Shown piece by piece: positions 8,649 through 18,700 of a stretch of 64,000 bases of DNA. The DNA comes from Candidatus Micrarchaeia archaeon (GTDB lineage Archaea; Micrarchaeota; Micrarchaeia; Burarchaeales; JACRGF01). The translations under genes and the position numbers were made by a program. The stretch covers positions 12,452 through 76,451 of the forward strand of contig JAWCPB010000002.1 in assembly GCA_038870455.1 (NCBI GenBank), written 5' to 3'. The stretch's first letter is position 1. The number at the start of each line of letters is the position of its first letter. Below the pieces are notes generated by a model. That model was not told where the DNA came from. It was given only the letters and a program-made list of their open reading frames with translations, and made no database searches.

Positions 8649-10147
8649 CCTCTTCCTCTCCTCATCCTCTGCAGCAGCGCGAGGAGCCTCGCAAGCTCAG
8701 CTCTGCTTGTTTTTCCTTTTTTCCTGGCGGAAAGTGCGCGAATGATTCTGCCCGCTTCAGAAAGCAGCTCTCTCTTCGCATCCTCTTCCCTTCTTTTGGT
8801 TTGAACGCTTTTTTTGACGTCAATCTTTTTTTCTTCAACCGCGCGCTCTACCAGCGCGTGCCGTGGGGTCTGTGCTTCGGTTGTTGCCACTGGCCGGCCG
8901 CTGTCTGCAGGATTTTGTGCGATCTCCTCCGCGGCTTCCAACAGGCCTGTCTCAAAAGCACAGGTGGTCGCGTTTTGCTTTGCTGCCACATTCGTTTTCG
9001 CCTGCGGCAAGGCTGCCGCAGCGCGCGTTTTTTCTGCGGGAGCCAAATGGCGCGCATCCAGCTCGGCGTGCCCGGCCATGTTTGCGAGCATCGCGCTTGT
9101 TTCAACGCTCCTTTCGCTCGAGCGGGCGTGCGTCAGAGCATAGCGCGCGTTTGCCGCGCGTTCGGCCACGCTCGCGCGCTCGCTTGTTTCAACGCGGTTT
9201 TTTTTGTCCGAGCGAATGTGCGTTTGGGCGTTCGAACAGCGCGCCTCTTCCGCGCGTCCGGCCTGGCGGTTTTCCCGGCTCACGGCGACGACCTCTTCTC
9301 TCAGCGGCTGAACGTCCGCGAAAAGCGCGCGGGCGTTTTCGCCTGCTCGCGCCGTTCCCGTGCCATCCCCAAGCGCGCTTTCGGCAAACGCTGGCTCTCT
9401 GGTCGTGCGCTCCTTCTCAGCGAGCTCGTCAGATGCTTCCCTTCGCGCGCTCGAAGTGTCCGCTTCTGCCGCAGCATTTTCCTGCGCGAGGCCAACATTC
9501 GCCGCCCGTGAGTCGCTGTTGCCAAACAGCAGGCCCCGCGCGTCTTCAATTCTTTTCACGGCGTTCGCTCGCGCCCTCTCCATCACCAGGCGGATGCCTC
9601 TGCTCGCGTCGATTTCGACAAGGCGCTGCGTCACTGTGGGATGCGCGAGCATCCTGGCGAGCGCATTCGCCTGCGCGGCCCGCAGCTCTTCAGTGAACGC
9701 CTTGAGCTTGCACGTCCACACCTCTCCCTCAAAGTAGGACTGCGATTTGGGGCAGGCGAGCGTGATGTCGGCGCTGACGCCTTCATCGAATTTCAGCAGT
9801 AGCTCGACGGGTTTGCCTATGCGAATTTTTCCAAGGCCCGGGAACACCGCTCCGGCGGGCGTGTCGATGTATGGAAGGCCAAACGAGCCGTTGTCGCCGC
9901 GTATGTAGCCCTGCCATCCAGCCGCCTCCCGCTCGCGCACCCCATCGACGGCCTCAATCCACTCGCCGAGCGCGTTTTTACGGATTTCGAGGCGGTGCCC
10001 CAGCTCGCGCCTGAGCGCGTCGAGAACAGTCTCGCCTCTGAATGCTTTGAGGAAAAACTCGCTCCTGCCTCCTCCGCTGTCGAGCGTGAGCTTTATGCGC
10101 ACGCTTTCCCGCCGGCCGGCGTTCGCCCGAGCCACTCCCCTAAGCAT
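8645..10147 (-). CDS. hypothetical protein with a DUF4430-like N-terminal domain and a long low-complexity Ala/Glu/Arg region
   Basis: GETVLDAL...GEWIEAVDGV...GWQGY resembles the DUF4430 beta-grasp; 500 aa ORF. Confidence 0.55.
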   Translation of the reverse strand: MLRGVARANAGRRESVRIKLTLDSGGGRSEFFLKAFRGETVLDALRRELGHRLEIRKNALGEWIEAVDGVREREAAGWQGYIRGDNGSFGLPYIDTPAGAVFPGLGKIRIGKPVELLLKFDEGVSADITLACPKSQSYFEGEVWTCKLKAFTEELRAAQANALARMLAHPTVTQRLVEIDASRGIRLVMERARANAVKRIEDARGLLFGNSDSRAANVGLAQENAAAEADTSSARREASDELAEKERTTREPAFAESALGDGTGTARAGENARALFADVQPLREEVVAVSRENRQAGRAEEARCSNAQTHIRSDKKNRVETSERASVAERAANARYALTHARSSERSVETSAMLANMAGHAELDARHLAPAEKTRAAAALPQAKTNVAAKQNATTCAFETGLLEAAEEIAQNPADSGRPVATTEAQTPRHALVERAVEEKKIDVKKSVQTKRREEDAKRELLSEAGRIIRALSARKKGKTSRAELARLLALLQRMRRGRG

Positions 10148-10194
10148 TTTTTTCCTCCCACAAAAGCCAAACGAGTTTTTATGAATGGATTTAA

Positions 10195-10722
10195 ATGCCT
10201 TTGTTCCATCATATCACCATGTTCGCCAGAAAAAACGTTTTCGGTTTTGACTTCACAAGGAAAAACATTCTCGCGCTGCTGTTCCTTGCCGTGCTGCCGA
10301 ACCTGTTCGGCTGGCTCGTGCTGCCCAGCACGCCGTGGGGGGGAAAGTTCCACGTCTTCCAGATAACGATTTTCCTTGCCGCCGCGCTGTTCGGCTGGTT
10401 CGGCGGGGCCGCCGCTGGAGTTTTCGGGGCCGTGGGCACAGCGCTCGCGCTCAACAACCCCTGGATTCTGGCCGGCAACGCAATCCTCGGCGGCGTGACG
10501 GGCTTCCTGCACACGCGCAGGAGCATGCGTCTCCTGTACGCGGTGCTCATCGCGTACGCCGTCCAGCTGCCGTGGCTTTACTGGAGCGACGTATATCTCG
10601 CGCGCATGCCCGTTCCTGTCGTGCAGTCGATAGTCGTCGCGCTTTTCGTCAGCAACCTCGTCATGGCGCTTGCCGCAGAGGCCATTCTCCCTCTGATAAG
10701 GCGCGGCCTCCACTTTCAGTGA
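10195..10722 (+). CDS. ECF transporter S-component-like membrane protein
   Basis: ~5-6 TM; H.FQ...FLAA.LFG..GG...G pattern. Confidence 0.7.
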   Translation: MPLFHHITMFARKNVFGFDFTRKNILALLFLAVLPNLFGWLVLPSTPWGGKFHVFQITIFLAAALFGWFGGAAAGVFGAVGTALALNNPWILAGNAILGGVTGFLHTRRSMRLLYAVLIAYAVQLPWLYWSDVYLARMPVPVVQSIVVALFVSNLVMALAAEAILPLIRRGLHFQ

Positions 10723-10726
10723 GCTC

Positions 10727-11134
10727 ATGAGCACTCCCTCGCTAATTGTAAAAAGGGACGGCAGAATCATTCACCGCTCTCATGCAAGGGGGCTGAGGCC
10801 GCTCGCCCTGCTTTTCTTCAACGGACGAGACATCCTCGAGGGCGCGGACGTTTTCGACAAGGTCGTGGGGGAAGCGGCCGCCAGGCTTTTCGTGCTCGCC
10901 CGGGCCAGAAGTGTCGAGGCCGGCGTGGCGAGCGAGCCCGCGCTGGAGCGCCTCGCCAGGGCAGGGGTAAGGGCAAGCGCGCACAGGGTTGTCGAAGCGA
11001 TTCTCCGCGCCGACGGGCGGGGTCGGTGCTCCATGGAAATTTTGAGCGGCGAGCATCCGGGCGATGACGAATTTGTTGCCGCGCTGTCAAAAATTTTTGC
11101 GGGTGAGGGACACGGAGTTCGAGCGCGCGCCTGA
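10727..11134 (+). CDS. DUF1893 (TM1506-like) protein
   Basis: GLRPL, DKVVGEAAA, SEPA, G.CSME. Confidence 0.85.
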   Translation: MSTPSLIVKRDGRIIHRSHARGLRPLALLFFNGRDILEGADVFDKVVGEAAARLFVLARARSVEAGVASEPALERLARAGVRASAHRVVEAILRADGRGRCSMEILSGEHPGDDEFVAALSKIFAGEGHGVRARA

Positions 11135-11516
11135 CGTGCAGGCCATCCTCGAGAGGCTGCTGCGCGGCCTCGAGCTGCCGCACATCAACGCATACAGGCT
11201 GCTGTGCATGCGCTCAAGGGGCTCGCGGGCCGGCGCGCTCGCGCGCATCTGGTCGCTTCCCCAAGTCTGGCAGAAGGCGCTCGACATCAGGGCGTATTAC
11301 GTCATCGAGGTGCTGGCCGAGAGGTTCGACGCGCTGAGCCAAGAGGAGAAGGAGAAGGTGCTCATTCACGAGCTGCTGCACATTCCCAAGAGCTTCAGCG
11401 GCGCGCTGCTTCCCCACAGCTGCAGGTGGGCCAGGATTGACGACAGGAGGGTGAATGCGCTGTGGAGGCGGTACAGGGAGAACTCGGCGCAGTCGATTGC
11501 GGAGCTGAGGGAGTGA
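11103..11516 (+). CDS. putative HEXXH metallopeptidase
   Basis: RS.GS...ARIW, Y.IEV..E.F, LIHELLHIP. Confidence 0.8.
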   Translation: MRDTEFERAPDVQAILERLLRGLELPHINAYRLLCMRSRGSRAGALARIWSLPQVWQKALDIRAYYVIEVLAERFDALSQEEKEKVLIHELLHIPKSFSGALLPHSCRWARIDDRRVNALWRRYRENSAQSIAELRE

Positions 11517-11627
11517 GCGCGATGCATGAAGCGTGGGCTGTCAGTGACGGGGGCGGGCGGCCGTGCGCGGCTGTTTGTGTGAGCGCGGTGGCAGAGCGCG
11601 CGCCGGCTGGCGTGCGGTGATAGTTTC

Positions 11628-12179
11628 ATGGAAATAGAGTTGAGGAAAGCCGCTTATCTTCTCGCCCCGCGCATTGTCGCGCTCGTCACCACGCTGAGCG
11701 CGGACGGAAAGCCCAACGCGGCGCCGTATTCCTTCGTGGGCCCTATCAGCTTCACCCCACCGCTCGCCTATTTCGCTGCCGCGCCCGACAGGGTTTCGCT
11801 CGCGAACGCGCGCGCGACAGGAGAGTTCATCCTCAACCTGGTGGGCGAGGATTTCGGCCAGCAGGCGGTTTTCTGCGAGGAAAAGCTTGCGGACAGGAGC
11901 AGCCGTGTTGAGAAAAATAACCTCCATTGGGCCGCTGCAAAAGTCGTCCGCGTGCCGCGCATTGCCGAGGCGAAAACATTTCTCGAGTGCGCTGTGCACC
12001 GGATTATCGAAATTCCAGAGTCAGACCATGTGCTGGTTGTCGGCAAAGTCCTGCACGCGGAGTGCGCGCTGGCGAAAAACGGGAGGGCGGACCACGATGC
12101 GCTGCGCTACCTCATGCATGTCGGGGGCAACGAGTTCAGGTCTGTCGGGAAAGGGCTCGTGCTGGAGAGGAGGAAGTAG
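11628..12179 (+). CDS. flavin reductase-like FMN-binding protein
   Basis: PR.VALVTT...PNAAPYS, N..ATGEF.LN, LEC, DH.LVVG.V. Confidence 0.9.
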   Translation: MEIELRKAAYLLAPRIVALVTTLSADGKPNAAPYSFVGPISFTPPLAYFAAAPDRVSLANARATGEFILNLVGEDFGQQAVFCEEKLADRSSRVEKNNLHWAAAKVVRVPRIAEAKTFLECAVHRIIEIPESDHVLVVGKVLHAECALAKNGRADHDALRYLMHVGGNEFRSVGKGLVLERRK

Positions 12180-12887
12180 CTACTTGAAACCCTCATAAAC
12201 GTGTTCCTTCGGGTAGATGGCTATGCCCTCTTTAGTAAACCTCATGGGAATGAGACGCGGCTCGAAGTCGGTTCCGCGCAGCTTTGCCACCTCGAGCGCG
12301 CGCACGCGCGCATCGCCTTTCCTGATCGCGTACAGGTAGATGAGGCCGTCAGCGACAGTCTCTATGCCGAAGCGCGGCTTGGGCATGCCCTGGGGCGTGG
12401 TGGCGCACTCGCTGGTGAGCAGTACGGTGCAGCCCCATTTCCTGAGCTTGGCCAGCAGCCTCGTGACCTCCTGCCGCCTCTTGAAAGCGGTTTCGTACAG
12501 CAGGGCGAAGGATGTTATGCTGTCTATGACAACGCGCCGTATTCCAAGCTCGTCGATGACGTCGTGCACGATGACCTCCTGGGCCATGAAGTGGTCTATC
12601 TCCTGCGGGGGGTACTCGAGGAAAGCGATTTTCTTCTCCTTTTCAAGCTTCTCGAAGTCAAAGCCGAATCCCCTCATGTTCTCGTAGAACAGGCTCTTGG
12701 GCTCCTCGAACGAGATGTACATCCCGGGGTCGCCGTAGCTCCTCGCCCCGGCGTGCAGGAACTGGGCTGCGAAAGTGCTCTTTCCGCTCCCCGAGTCTCC
12801 GCTGACCATGACGATGGACTTTTCCCTGAAGCCTCCCTGGATGAGGTCGTCGAGCCCAACGATTCCGCTGCGCACTCTCTCTGCCAA
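12180..12887 (-). CDS. single-domain KaiC/RAD55 ATPase
   Basis: SGIVGLDDLIQGG, GDSGSGKS, YISFEE, RVVIDS, KLRGT; TTG start after AGGTG. Confidence 0.9.
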   Translation of the reverse strand: MAERVRSGIVGLDDLIQGGFREKSIVMVSGDSGSGKSTFAAQFLHAGARSYGDPGMYISFEEPKSLFYENMRGFGFDFEKLEKEKKIAFLEYPPQEIDHFMAQEVIVHDVIDELGIRRVVIDSITSFALLYETAFKRRQEVTRLLAKLRKWGCTVLLTSECATTPQGMPKPRFGIETVADGLIYLYAIRKGDARVRALEVAKLRGTDFEPRLIPMRFTKEGIAIYPKEHVYEGFK

Positions 12888-12895
12888 GCGAACAC

Positions 12896-14758
12896 CTAAG
12901 CATATTGCAGGGCATTGAATGAAATGGCTTTCGCCTCGCCCGCGTTTCCCGCCCCGTCCCTGCAGACAATCCTGATGGAGTGCGGCCCGACCGCAACATT
13001 CAGCGTGGCGTTGCTCGCGCTTCCGCTCACCACTTCCCCGATGTAGTGCGCCCGGCCGTCCAGCTCGTACTGGCACCACAGCGTCCTGCTGAGCGCGTCG
13101 CTCGCTGAGAAGGCCAGCGGCACGCCCCCGAAGTAACTCGCGCCGGCCACCGGTGAGTAGGCGACCACGCTCGGTGCGTCGGCATCGCTCGTCGCCTCGG
13201 CAGCGTTTCCCTCCAGCCCGAGGCTCCCGGCCCTGTCAAGCGCATAAACCCTGTAGCTGTACCTCTCCCCGTTCACAGCGCTCTCGTCCGAGAAGGCGGT
13301 CGTGTTGGCAAAGCCGATTCTCTCGTAGCTGTAGAATGGCATTCTCGCCCTGTAAATTTCGTAGCCAGCCACGCCGCTTCCCATGCCGTCGATGGGCCCG
13401 TCGCGCACGCTGCTCCACGAGAGCCTGATGCTGCCGCCCGGCGCGGCGCTCGCAATCAAGTCCTGCACCGGCGAAGGCCGCACGGTGTCCACGTAGATGG
13501 CGTCGCTGCCTGCCGGGCTGCTTCCGTAAGCGTTCCTGCACTCTGCGAAGACGGTTTTGAATCCGTCGCCTCCTGTCAGCTGCCAGACCCTGATTGGAAC
13601 AAAAGGCTCCCACGCCGCTTCCGCCTTCGGCTCCCCTTCGTTCCACACCCTGCACTCGGACGCCCCGGCCGCCCTGACGTAGACCGCAACAACAGAGGTG
13701 TTCGCATAGGGCGCGCCGTTGTTTATGATTATCTCTGGCTTGAGCGGAGGCCCGTACCTCGCCGCGGGCGCCGTGGCGTTGAAGCGCACAACCGCCCTGC
13801 CCGCCCAGCCGGCCTCGTCCTGGCATTCGACGACATAGACGTGCTCGCCGTAGCCGGCCCTCACCTCGTGCTGTGTGGCCGCCCCTCTTTCAACCCGCCC
13901 GCTCCAGCCCACCTCGCCGTCCACCGTCGCGTTGCACCACAGCGCGGCGGACACGGCATCGTCAGCGGAGAACGAGGCGTTGAAAACAGCCGGAAAGGCT
14001 TCGCCCGCAACCGGCGAGATGATCGCCACAGAAGGCGCGTTCTCGTCGAGAATTATGCTCGCTGAAGCGGGCGCCGCCTCGTTGCCCGCCTCGTCCACGC
14101 ACTGGAAGAATATCCTCTTCACCCCGTCCCCGGGAGCGAGCTCGAACTCCCTCGAGCCCGCGTACGGCTCGAAGGGCCCCCACACCCCGTTCTGGGAAAG
14201 CCTGCAGGCCGCCGCGCCGCTCGCGTACAGCGAAAGAGTGACTTTTTTGGAGCGCGCGTACGGCTCCCCGCCGTTTATGCTGACCTCGAGCGCTTCGGGC
14301 GGCGTGTAATCGGCCAGGATGCTGGCGTTCGCGCTTGCCGCGCTCTGCCTTCCGAGCGCGTCGAGCGCGAAAACTGCGTAATAGTGCAGCGCGCCCTCGG
14401 CCGTGCTGGCGTCCCTGAACCACGTCTGGTTGGCAGGCACGACGGCAACCCTCGCCCCGAGCTCGCCCACCGCGAGAGAACGATACACGGCATATCCGGC
14501 GGCGCTTTTCGACGGGCTCCAGGCGACGAGAATGCTCTTGTTATCCGCCCTCGCGACCGCGCCGGTCGGAGGCTCCGGCGCGCGCGCCTCTTCAATGCGG
14601 GGCTTGAGCAGGAGGGCGCCCAGCGCGGCAATGGCGACTACTGCGAGCGCGAGCGCAAGCCACGGAAAAACCTTTTCTCTCCTCCTGAAAGCTCGCGTCC
14701 TCCTCGCCCTGCGCGCCTTGTGTACGGCCCTAGCTCTCGCCGCTCGTCTGTGAGCCAA
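12896..14758 (-). CDS. membrane-anchored extracellular FN3/Ig-like repeat protein
   Basis: Basic N-terminus plus TM; repeated W..S..GY.VYR, YYAVFALD..G, INNGA.Y, C.D.AGN units. Confidence 0.8.
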   Translation of the reverse strand: MAHRRAARARAVHKARRARRTRAFRRREKVFPWLALALAVVAIAALGALLLKPRIEEARAPEPPTGAVARADNKSILVAWSPSKSAAGYAVYRSLAVGELGARVAVVPANQTWFRDASTAEGALHYYAVFALDALGRQSAASANASILADYTPPEALEVSINGGEPYARSKKVTLSLYASGAAACRLSQNGVWGPFEPYAGSREFELAPGDGVKRIFFQCVDEAGNEAAPASASIILDENAPSVAIISPVAGEAFPAVFNASFSADDAVSAALWCNATVDGEVGWSGRVERGAATQHEVRAGYGEHVYVVECQDEAGWAGRAVVRFNATAPAARYGPPLKPEIIINNGAPYANTSVVAVYVRAAGASECRVWNEGEPKAEAAWEPFVPIRVWQLTGGDGFKTVFAECRNAYGSSPAGSDAIYVDTVRPSPVQDLIASAAPGGSIRLSWSSVRDGPIDGMGSGVAGYEIYRARMPFYSYERIGFANTTAFSDESAVNGERYSYRVYALDRAGSLGLEGNAAEATSDADAPSVVAYSPVAGASYFGGVPLAFSASDALSRTLWCQYELDGRAHYIGEVVSGSASNATLNVAVGPHSIRIVCRDGAGNAGEAKAISFNALQYA

Positions 14759-14834
14759 AGAAATCGCCTTAATCTCTTTGCCAAGCTTAAAATATGTTTT
14801 GCGCCATATCTAACTGCTTTTCGAAGGTGAGCCT

Positions 14835-17354
14835 TTGGCAGGCGTTGGCATTGAACTCAAGGTCGTCGAGGCGCTCCCGAACGATGTGGGGAGGGGGCTC
14901 GTGCGCATTGACAGCAGGGCGAGGAAGGAAATCGGCGCCACGACGGGCGACATAGTCGAGCTCAAGGGCAAGAGAAACACGGCGGCGGTGGTGTGGCAGG
15001 CGCATCCTCAGGACGAGGGGCTTAACATCATTCGCATGGACGGCTACCTGAGGCAGAACGCCGGCGTGGCCATAGGCGACAAGATTTTCGTGAGGAAGGC
15101 TGAGCTCAAGGAGGCCAAGAAGGTCATCCTGGCGCCCTCCCAGCCCATGAAGTACTCGCCGGGCTTCGACCAGTTCGTGAAGAAGAGGCTCATAGGGCGG
15201 GCGCTGACGAGGGGTGACACGATTTTTGTAGGGGTTTTCGGGACATCGTTCCCGCTCACCGCTGTCGTTGTGCAGCCCCAGGGCATCGTCATCGTCAACG
15301 AGGGCACGGACATCGTGCTCAAGACCGAGCCCATGAAGGAGGGCGGCCGCATTCCCAGCATTTCTTACGAGGACATAGGAGGGCTCAAGGAAGAGATTCA
15401 GAAGATTCGCGAGATGGTGGAGCTTCCCATGCGTCATCCCGAGCTTTTCGAGCGGCTCGGCATCGAGGCGCCCAAGGGCGTGCTGATATACGGGCCTCCG
15501 GGCACGGGCAAGACGCTGCTCGCCAAAGCGGTCGCTTCAGAGAGCGAGGCCAACTTCATCTCCATCGGCGGGCCGGAGCTCGTGTCGAAGTTCGTGGGCG
15601 AGAGCGAGGAGAGGCTGCGCGCGCTGTTCAAGGAGGCTGAGGAGAACGCCCCCACCATCATCTTCATGGACGAGATCGACGCCATCGCGCCCAAGAGGGA
15701 GGAGGTCACGGGCGAGGTCGAGCGGCGTATGGTGAGCCAGCTGCTCTCGCTCATGGATGGTTTGAAAAGCCGCGGGCAAGTGATCGTCATCGGCGCCACC
15801 AACCGCCCCAACGCCATAGACCCTGCCCTGCGCAGGCCCGGGCGATTCGACCGCGAGATCGAAATCGGCGTGCCTGACCGCAATGCGCGCAAGGAAATAC
15901 TGCAGATTCACACGCGCAACATGCCGTTGTACATAAACGACAAGCGCATCGTGCTCGAGAGCACGAAGATTGACGAGCGCAAGAAGGAGCGCCTGCGCGG
16001 GCTGTTCGAGGCCATCCCGGACAGCCTTGTCGACCTCCCAGACCTCAAGGAGCTCATCGAGAAGCACGAGGTTTCTGAGGCTCCCCTGAAGGCCAAGCTT
16101 CTCGAGCTCGTGGGCAGGGCGAAGAGCGACAGCGACATAGAGAAGGCTCTGTACGACATTCTTGGAGAGGGCGAGGGGAAGAAGCTGAGGCAGCTGCTGA
16201 GCGATGTGCTCGAGGCGCGGTACGATGCAGGCGTGGAGAAGGCGCTGCGCGAGGTGCTCAGCGAGGACGAGTACAAGAAGGTCAAGGACGAGCTGCTCGA
16301 CCGTTTCATGGACGAGTTCGCTGCCGCCACACACGGCTACACCGGTGCCGACATCTCCTCGCTGTGCAAGGAGGCCGCCATGAAGGCACTGCGGCGCGTG
16401 CTGCCAAAGATCGACCTTGAGCAGGAGTTCGTTCCACCTAAGGTGCTCGAGGAGCTTAAGGTGACGCGCACGGATTTCACCAACGCCATGCGCGAGGTGC
16501 ATCCAAGCGCGCTGCGCGAGGTTTTTGCCGAGGTCCCGAACGTCAGGTGGGTCGATGTGGGTGGGCTCGAGGAGGTCAAGAGGGAGCTGCGCGAGGCCGT
16601 CGAGCTTCCCATTCGCCACCCGGAGATCTTCTCGCGCATGGGCATCAGGCCGGTCAAGGGCATCCTCATGGTCGGCCTGCCGGGCACGGGCAAGACGCTG
16701 CTCGCCAAAGCGGTCGCTACAGAGAGCGAGGCGAACTTCATCTCGGTCAAGGGGCCCGAATTTCTGTCTAAATGGGTGGGGGAATCGGAAAAGGCGGTGC
16801 GCGAGTTCTTCCGCAAGGCCAGGATGGCCGCGCCCTGCATCCTGTTCATCGACGAGATCGATGCCATCGCGGCCTACAGGGGAGCCGAGGAGGCCAGCTC
16901 GAGGGTCGGCGAGCGCATCGTCAACACGCTGCTCACCGAGATGGACGGCGTGCAGAACATCAAGAACGTCGTGGTGCTGGCGGCAACGAACCGCCCCGAC
17001 ATTCTCGACCCGGCGCTGCTGAGGGCCGGCCGCTTCGACAAGATCATCGAGATTCCGGCTCCGGACGAGCGCACGCGCCTCGAGATTTTCAAAGTTCACA
17101 CGCGCAACATGCCGCTCGGCAAGGATGTCGATCTCAAGGAGCTGGCCAAGAAGACAAACGGCCTGACCGGCGCCGACATAGAGGGGATTTGCCGCGAGGC
17201 GGGCATGAACGCCATTCGCGAGAACATCGCCGCCACGGCGGTCGCGATGCGGCACTTCGAGGCCGCGCTCGCTTCCCTGCGGCCAACCGTCACCAAGGAG
17301 CATCTCGAGAGGATGCAGCGCTTCAAGGCCGGCGTTGAAAGCATGTACAGATGA
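14835..17354 (+). CDS. cdc48: CDC48/VCP AAA ATPase
   Basis: N domain, D1 [20 protein letters not shown]2 [19 protein letters not shown]-terminal MYR; large D1 helical insertion. Confidence 0.97.
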   Translation: MAGVGIELKVVEALPNDVGRGLVRIDSRARKEIGATTGDIVELKGKRNTAAVVWQAHPQDEGLNIIRMDGYLRQNAGVAIGDKIFVRKAELKEAKKVILAPSQPMKYSPGFDQFVKKRLIGRALTRGDTIFVGVFGTSFPLTAVVVQPQGIVIVNEGTDIVLKTEPMKEGGRIPSISYEDIGGLKEEIQKIREMVELPMRHPELFERLGIEAPKGVLIYGPPGTGKTLLAKAVASESEANFISIGGPELVSKFVGESEERLRALFKEAEENAPTIIFMDEIDAIAPKREEVTGEVERRMVSQLLSLMDGLKSRGQVIVIGATNRPNAIDPALRRPGRFDREIEIGVPDRNARKEILQIHTRNMPLYINDKRIVLESTKIDERKKERLRGLFEAIPDSLVDLPDLKELIEKHEVSEAPLKAKLLELVGRAKSDSDIEKALYDILGEGEGKKLRQLLSDVLEARYDAGVEKALREVLSEDEYKKVKDELLDRFMDEFAAATHGYTGADISSLCKEAAMKALRRVLPKIDLEQEFVPPKVLEELKVTRTDFTNAMREVHPSALREVFAEVPNVRWVDVGGLEEVKRELREAVELPIRHPEIFSRMGIRPVKGILMVGLPGTGKTLLAKAVATESEANFISVKGPEFLSKWVGESEKAVREFFRKARMAAPCILFIDEIDAIAAYRGAEEASSRVGERIVNTLLTEMDGVQNIKNVVVLAATNRPDILDPALLRAGRFDKIIEIPAPDERTRLEIFKVHTRNMPLGKDVDLKELAKKTNGLTGADIEGICREAGMNAIRENIAATAVAMRHFEAALASLRPTVTKEHLERMQRFKAGVESMYR

Positions 17355-17358
17355 TGCG

Positions 17359-17760
17359 ATGCTCGCGCGCCTCGGCATTTTTCTCAAGGCGTTGCTGCTC
17401 ACCGTAGCGTTCGCGCTGCTCGCGTATGCGCTCATTCCCGGCGCGTCGCTCGACACCCTGCTGAAGCTTCTCGCGGCCGCGCTCGGCGCCTCGCTGCTTG
17501 CGCCCCTGCTCTATCCTCACGTGAGGGGGGTGAGGAAAGGCGATGCCGTGCTGGTTTTCGCGGAGGGCGAGAGCATCCCTTTCGTGGGCTTCACCGTCAG
17601 GAACGGCGTGGCGCTCGAGGCCGGTCGGGCGGGCAGCACGATCAAAGTGGGTTTTCCTGACGGTACAGAGATGGCGTGCGAGATAGTCGGCTATCCTGGC
17701 GTCTTCACGCCGGCCAGGGCGCGGGTGGCACAGAAGCCCTTTGAGATAAAGGTGGTGTAG
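17359..17760 (+). CDS. two-TM protein with a soluble beta C-terminal domain
   Basis: Hydrophobic N-half; lies 4 nt after cdc48. Confidence 0.65.
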   Translation: MLARLGIFLKALLLTVAFALLAYALIPGASLDTLLKLLAAALGASLLAPLLYPHVRGVRKGDAVLVFAEGESIPFVGFTVRNGVALEAGRAGSTIKVGFPDGTEMACEIVGYPGVFTPARARVAQKPFEIKVV

Positions 17761-17761
17761 C

Positions 17762-18409
17762 TTGCCCTTTGACTTTGAGGAGCTCCAACACATCGCGGTT
17801 TCTGTCGTTGCAATTTCCGCTGCCATCGCGATGGTTCAGGTCGGCCTACGAGGTTTTCTTTCCCTCTCTGTTGGTGAATCCATCTTTCTCTTCACAATAA
17901 TTTTCTTCACCACGGGGATAGGCTTTATCCTTCATGAGCTGGCCCACAAGTTCGCAGCCCAGCGGTTTGGCATTTACGCGGCCTACCGCGCCTGGCCGGC
18001 GGGCCTGCTGCTCATGCTGCTCTTTCCACTGCTGGGCCTTCGCTTTGTCTTCGCCGCGCCCGGCGCTACGTACATCTTCGCCTACCGCCTTTCGAGGAGG
18101 CAGAATGGCCTCGTCTCTCTCGCCGGCCCGCTGACCAACGCGCTGCTCGCGGCGGCTTTCTTCGTAGCCGCCTTCCTATACTTCGGCCTCGGGCTGCCAA
18201 ACATCCTGCTCGTCCGCCTTCCCGCCCCGCTGGGCGCCTTTTCAGCCGTGGAGTTCTTCCTCACAGGCGCCGCCATCAACATGTGGCTGGGATTTTTCAA
18301 CCTCCTCCCAATCTATCCTCTCGATGGCAGCAAGGTGCTGGCCTGGAACTGGATGGTTTGGGCGGCGCTGACCGGCACGCTTGGAGTTTTTCTATTCTTC
18401 TTGTTCTGA
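17762..18409 (+). CDS. site-2 protease (M50)
   Basis: HELAH, AGPLTN, FNLLPIYPLDG. Confidence 0.93.
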   Translation: MPFDFEELQHIAVSVVAISAAIAMVQVGLRGFLSLSVGESIFLFTIIFFTTGIGFILHELAHKFAAQRFGIYAAYRAWPAGLLLMLLFPLLGLRFVFAAPGATYIFAYRLSRRQNGLVSLAGPLTNALLAAAFFVAAFLYFGLGLPNILLVRLPAPLGAFSAVEFFLTGAAINMWLGFFNLLPIYPLDGSKVLAWNWMVWAALTGTLGVFLFFLF

Positions 18410-18462
18410 CAGACCAGTTAGTTTTTTAAACTCCGGCAGGATAATCCCTGCGCGTGGGGGGC

Positions 18463-18696
18463 ATGAGGGGACAGGTCTCGGCAGAGCTCATCATCGTCAT
18501 CGCGGCGCTTCTCGCGGTCGCGATAATCCTTGTCGTGCAGCTTCAGAAGACGGCGCAGGAGGGAAGCCGGGCGGTGGGCAACCGCACCGCCCAGGTCATC
18601 GGACAGATCTGCGAGCTGGCGAGCTGTGAAAGCGATGCCGACTGTCCCTCCACCATGCGGTGCAATCCCGCCACAAAATGCTGTGAGACGCCGTGA
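18463..18696 (+). CDS. class III signal peptide pilin-like protein
   Basis: MRGQVSAE plus hydrophobic helix; Cys-rich C-terminus. Confidence 0.8.
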   Translation: MRGQVSAELIIVIAALLAVAIILVVQLQKTAQEGSRAVGNRTAQVIGQICELASCESDADCPSTMRCNPATKCCETP

Positions 18697-18700
18697 TTGC

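Noticed and set aside
11103-11516. Prophage indicated by the metallopeptidase
   Set aside because: No integrase, capsid or terminase; the family occurs in ordinary archaeal chromosomes
11517-11627. Riboswitch/ncRNA in the GC-rich gap
   Set aside because: No recognisable conserved motif or convincing stem
15925-16320. Intein in CDC48
   Set aside because: No N-terminal Cys/Ser, terminal His-Asn or LAGLIDADG motif
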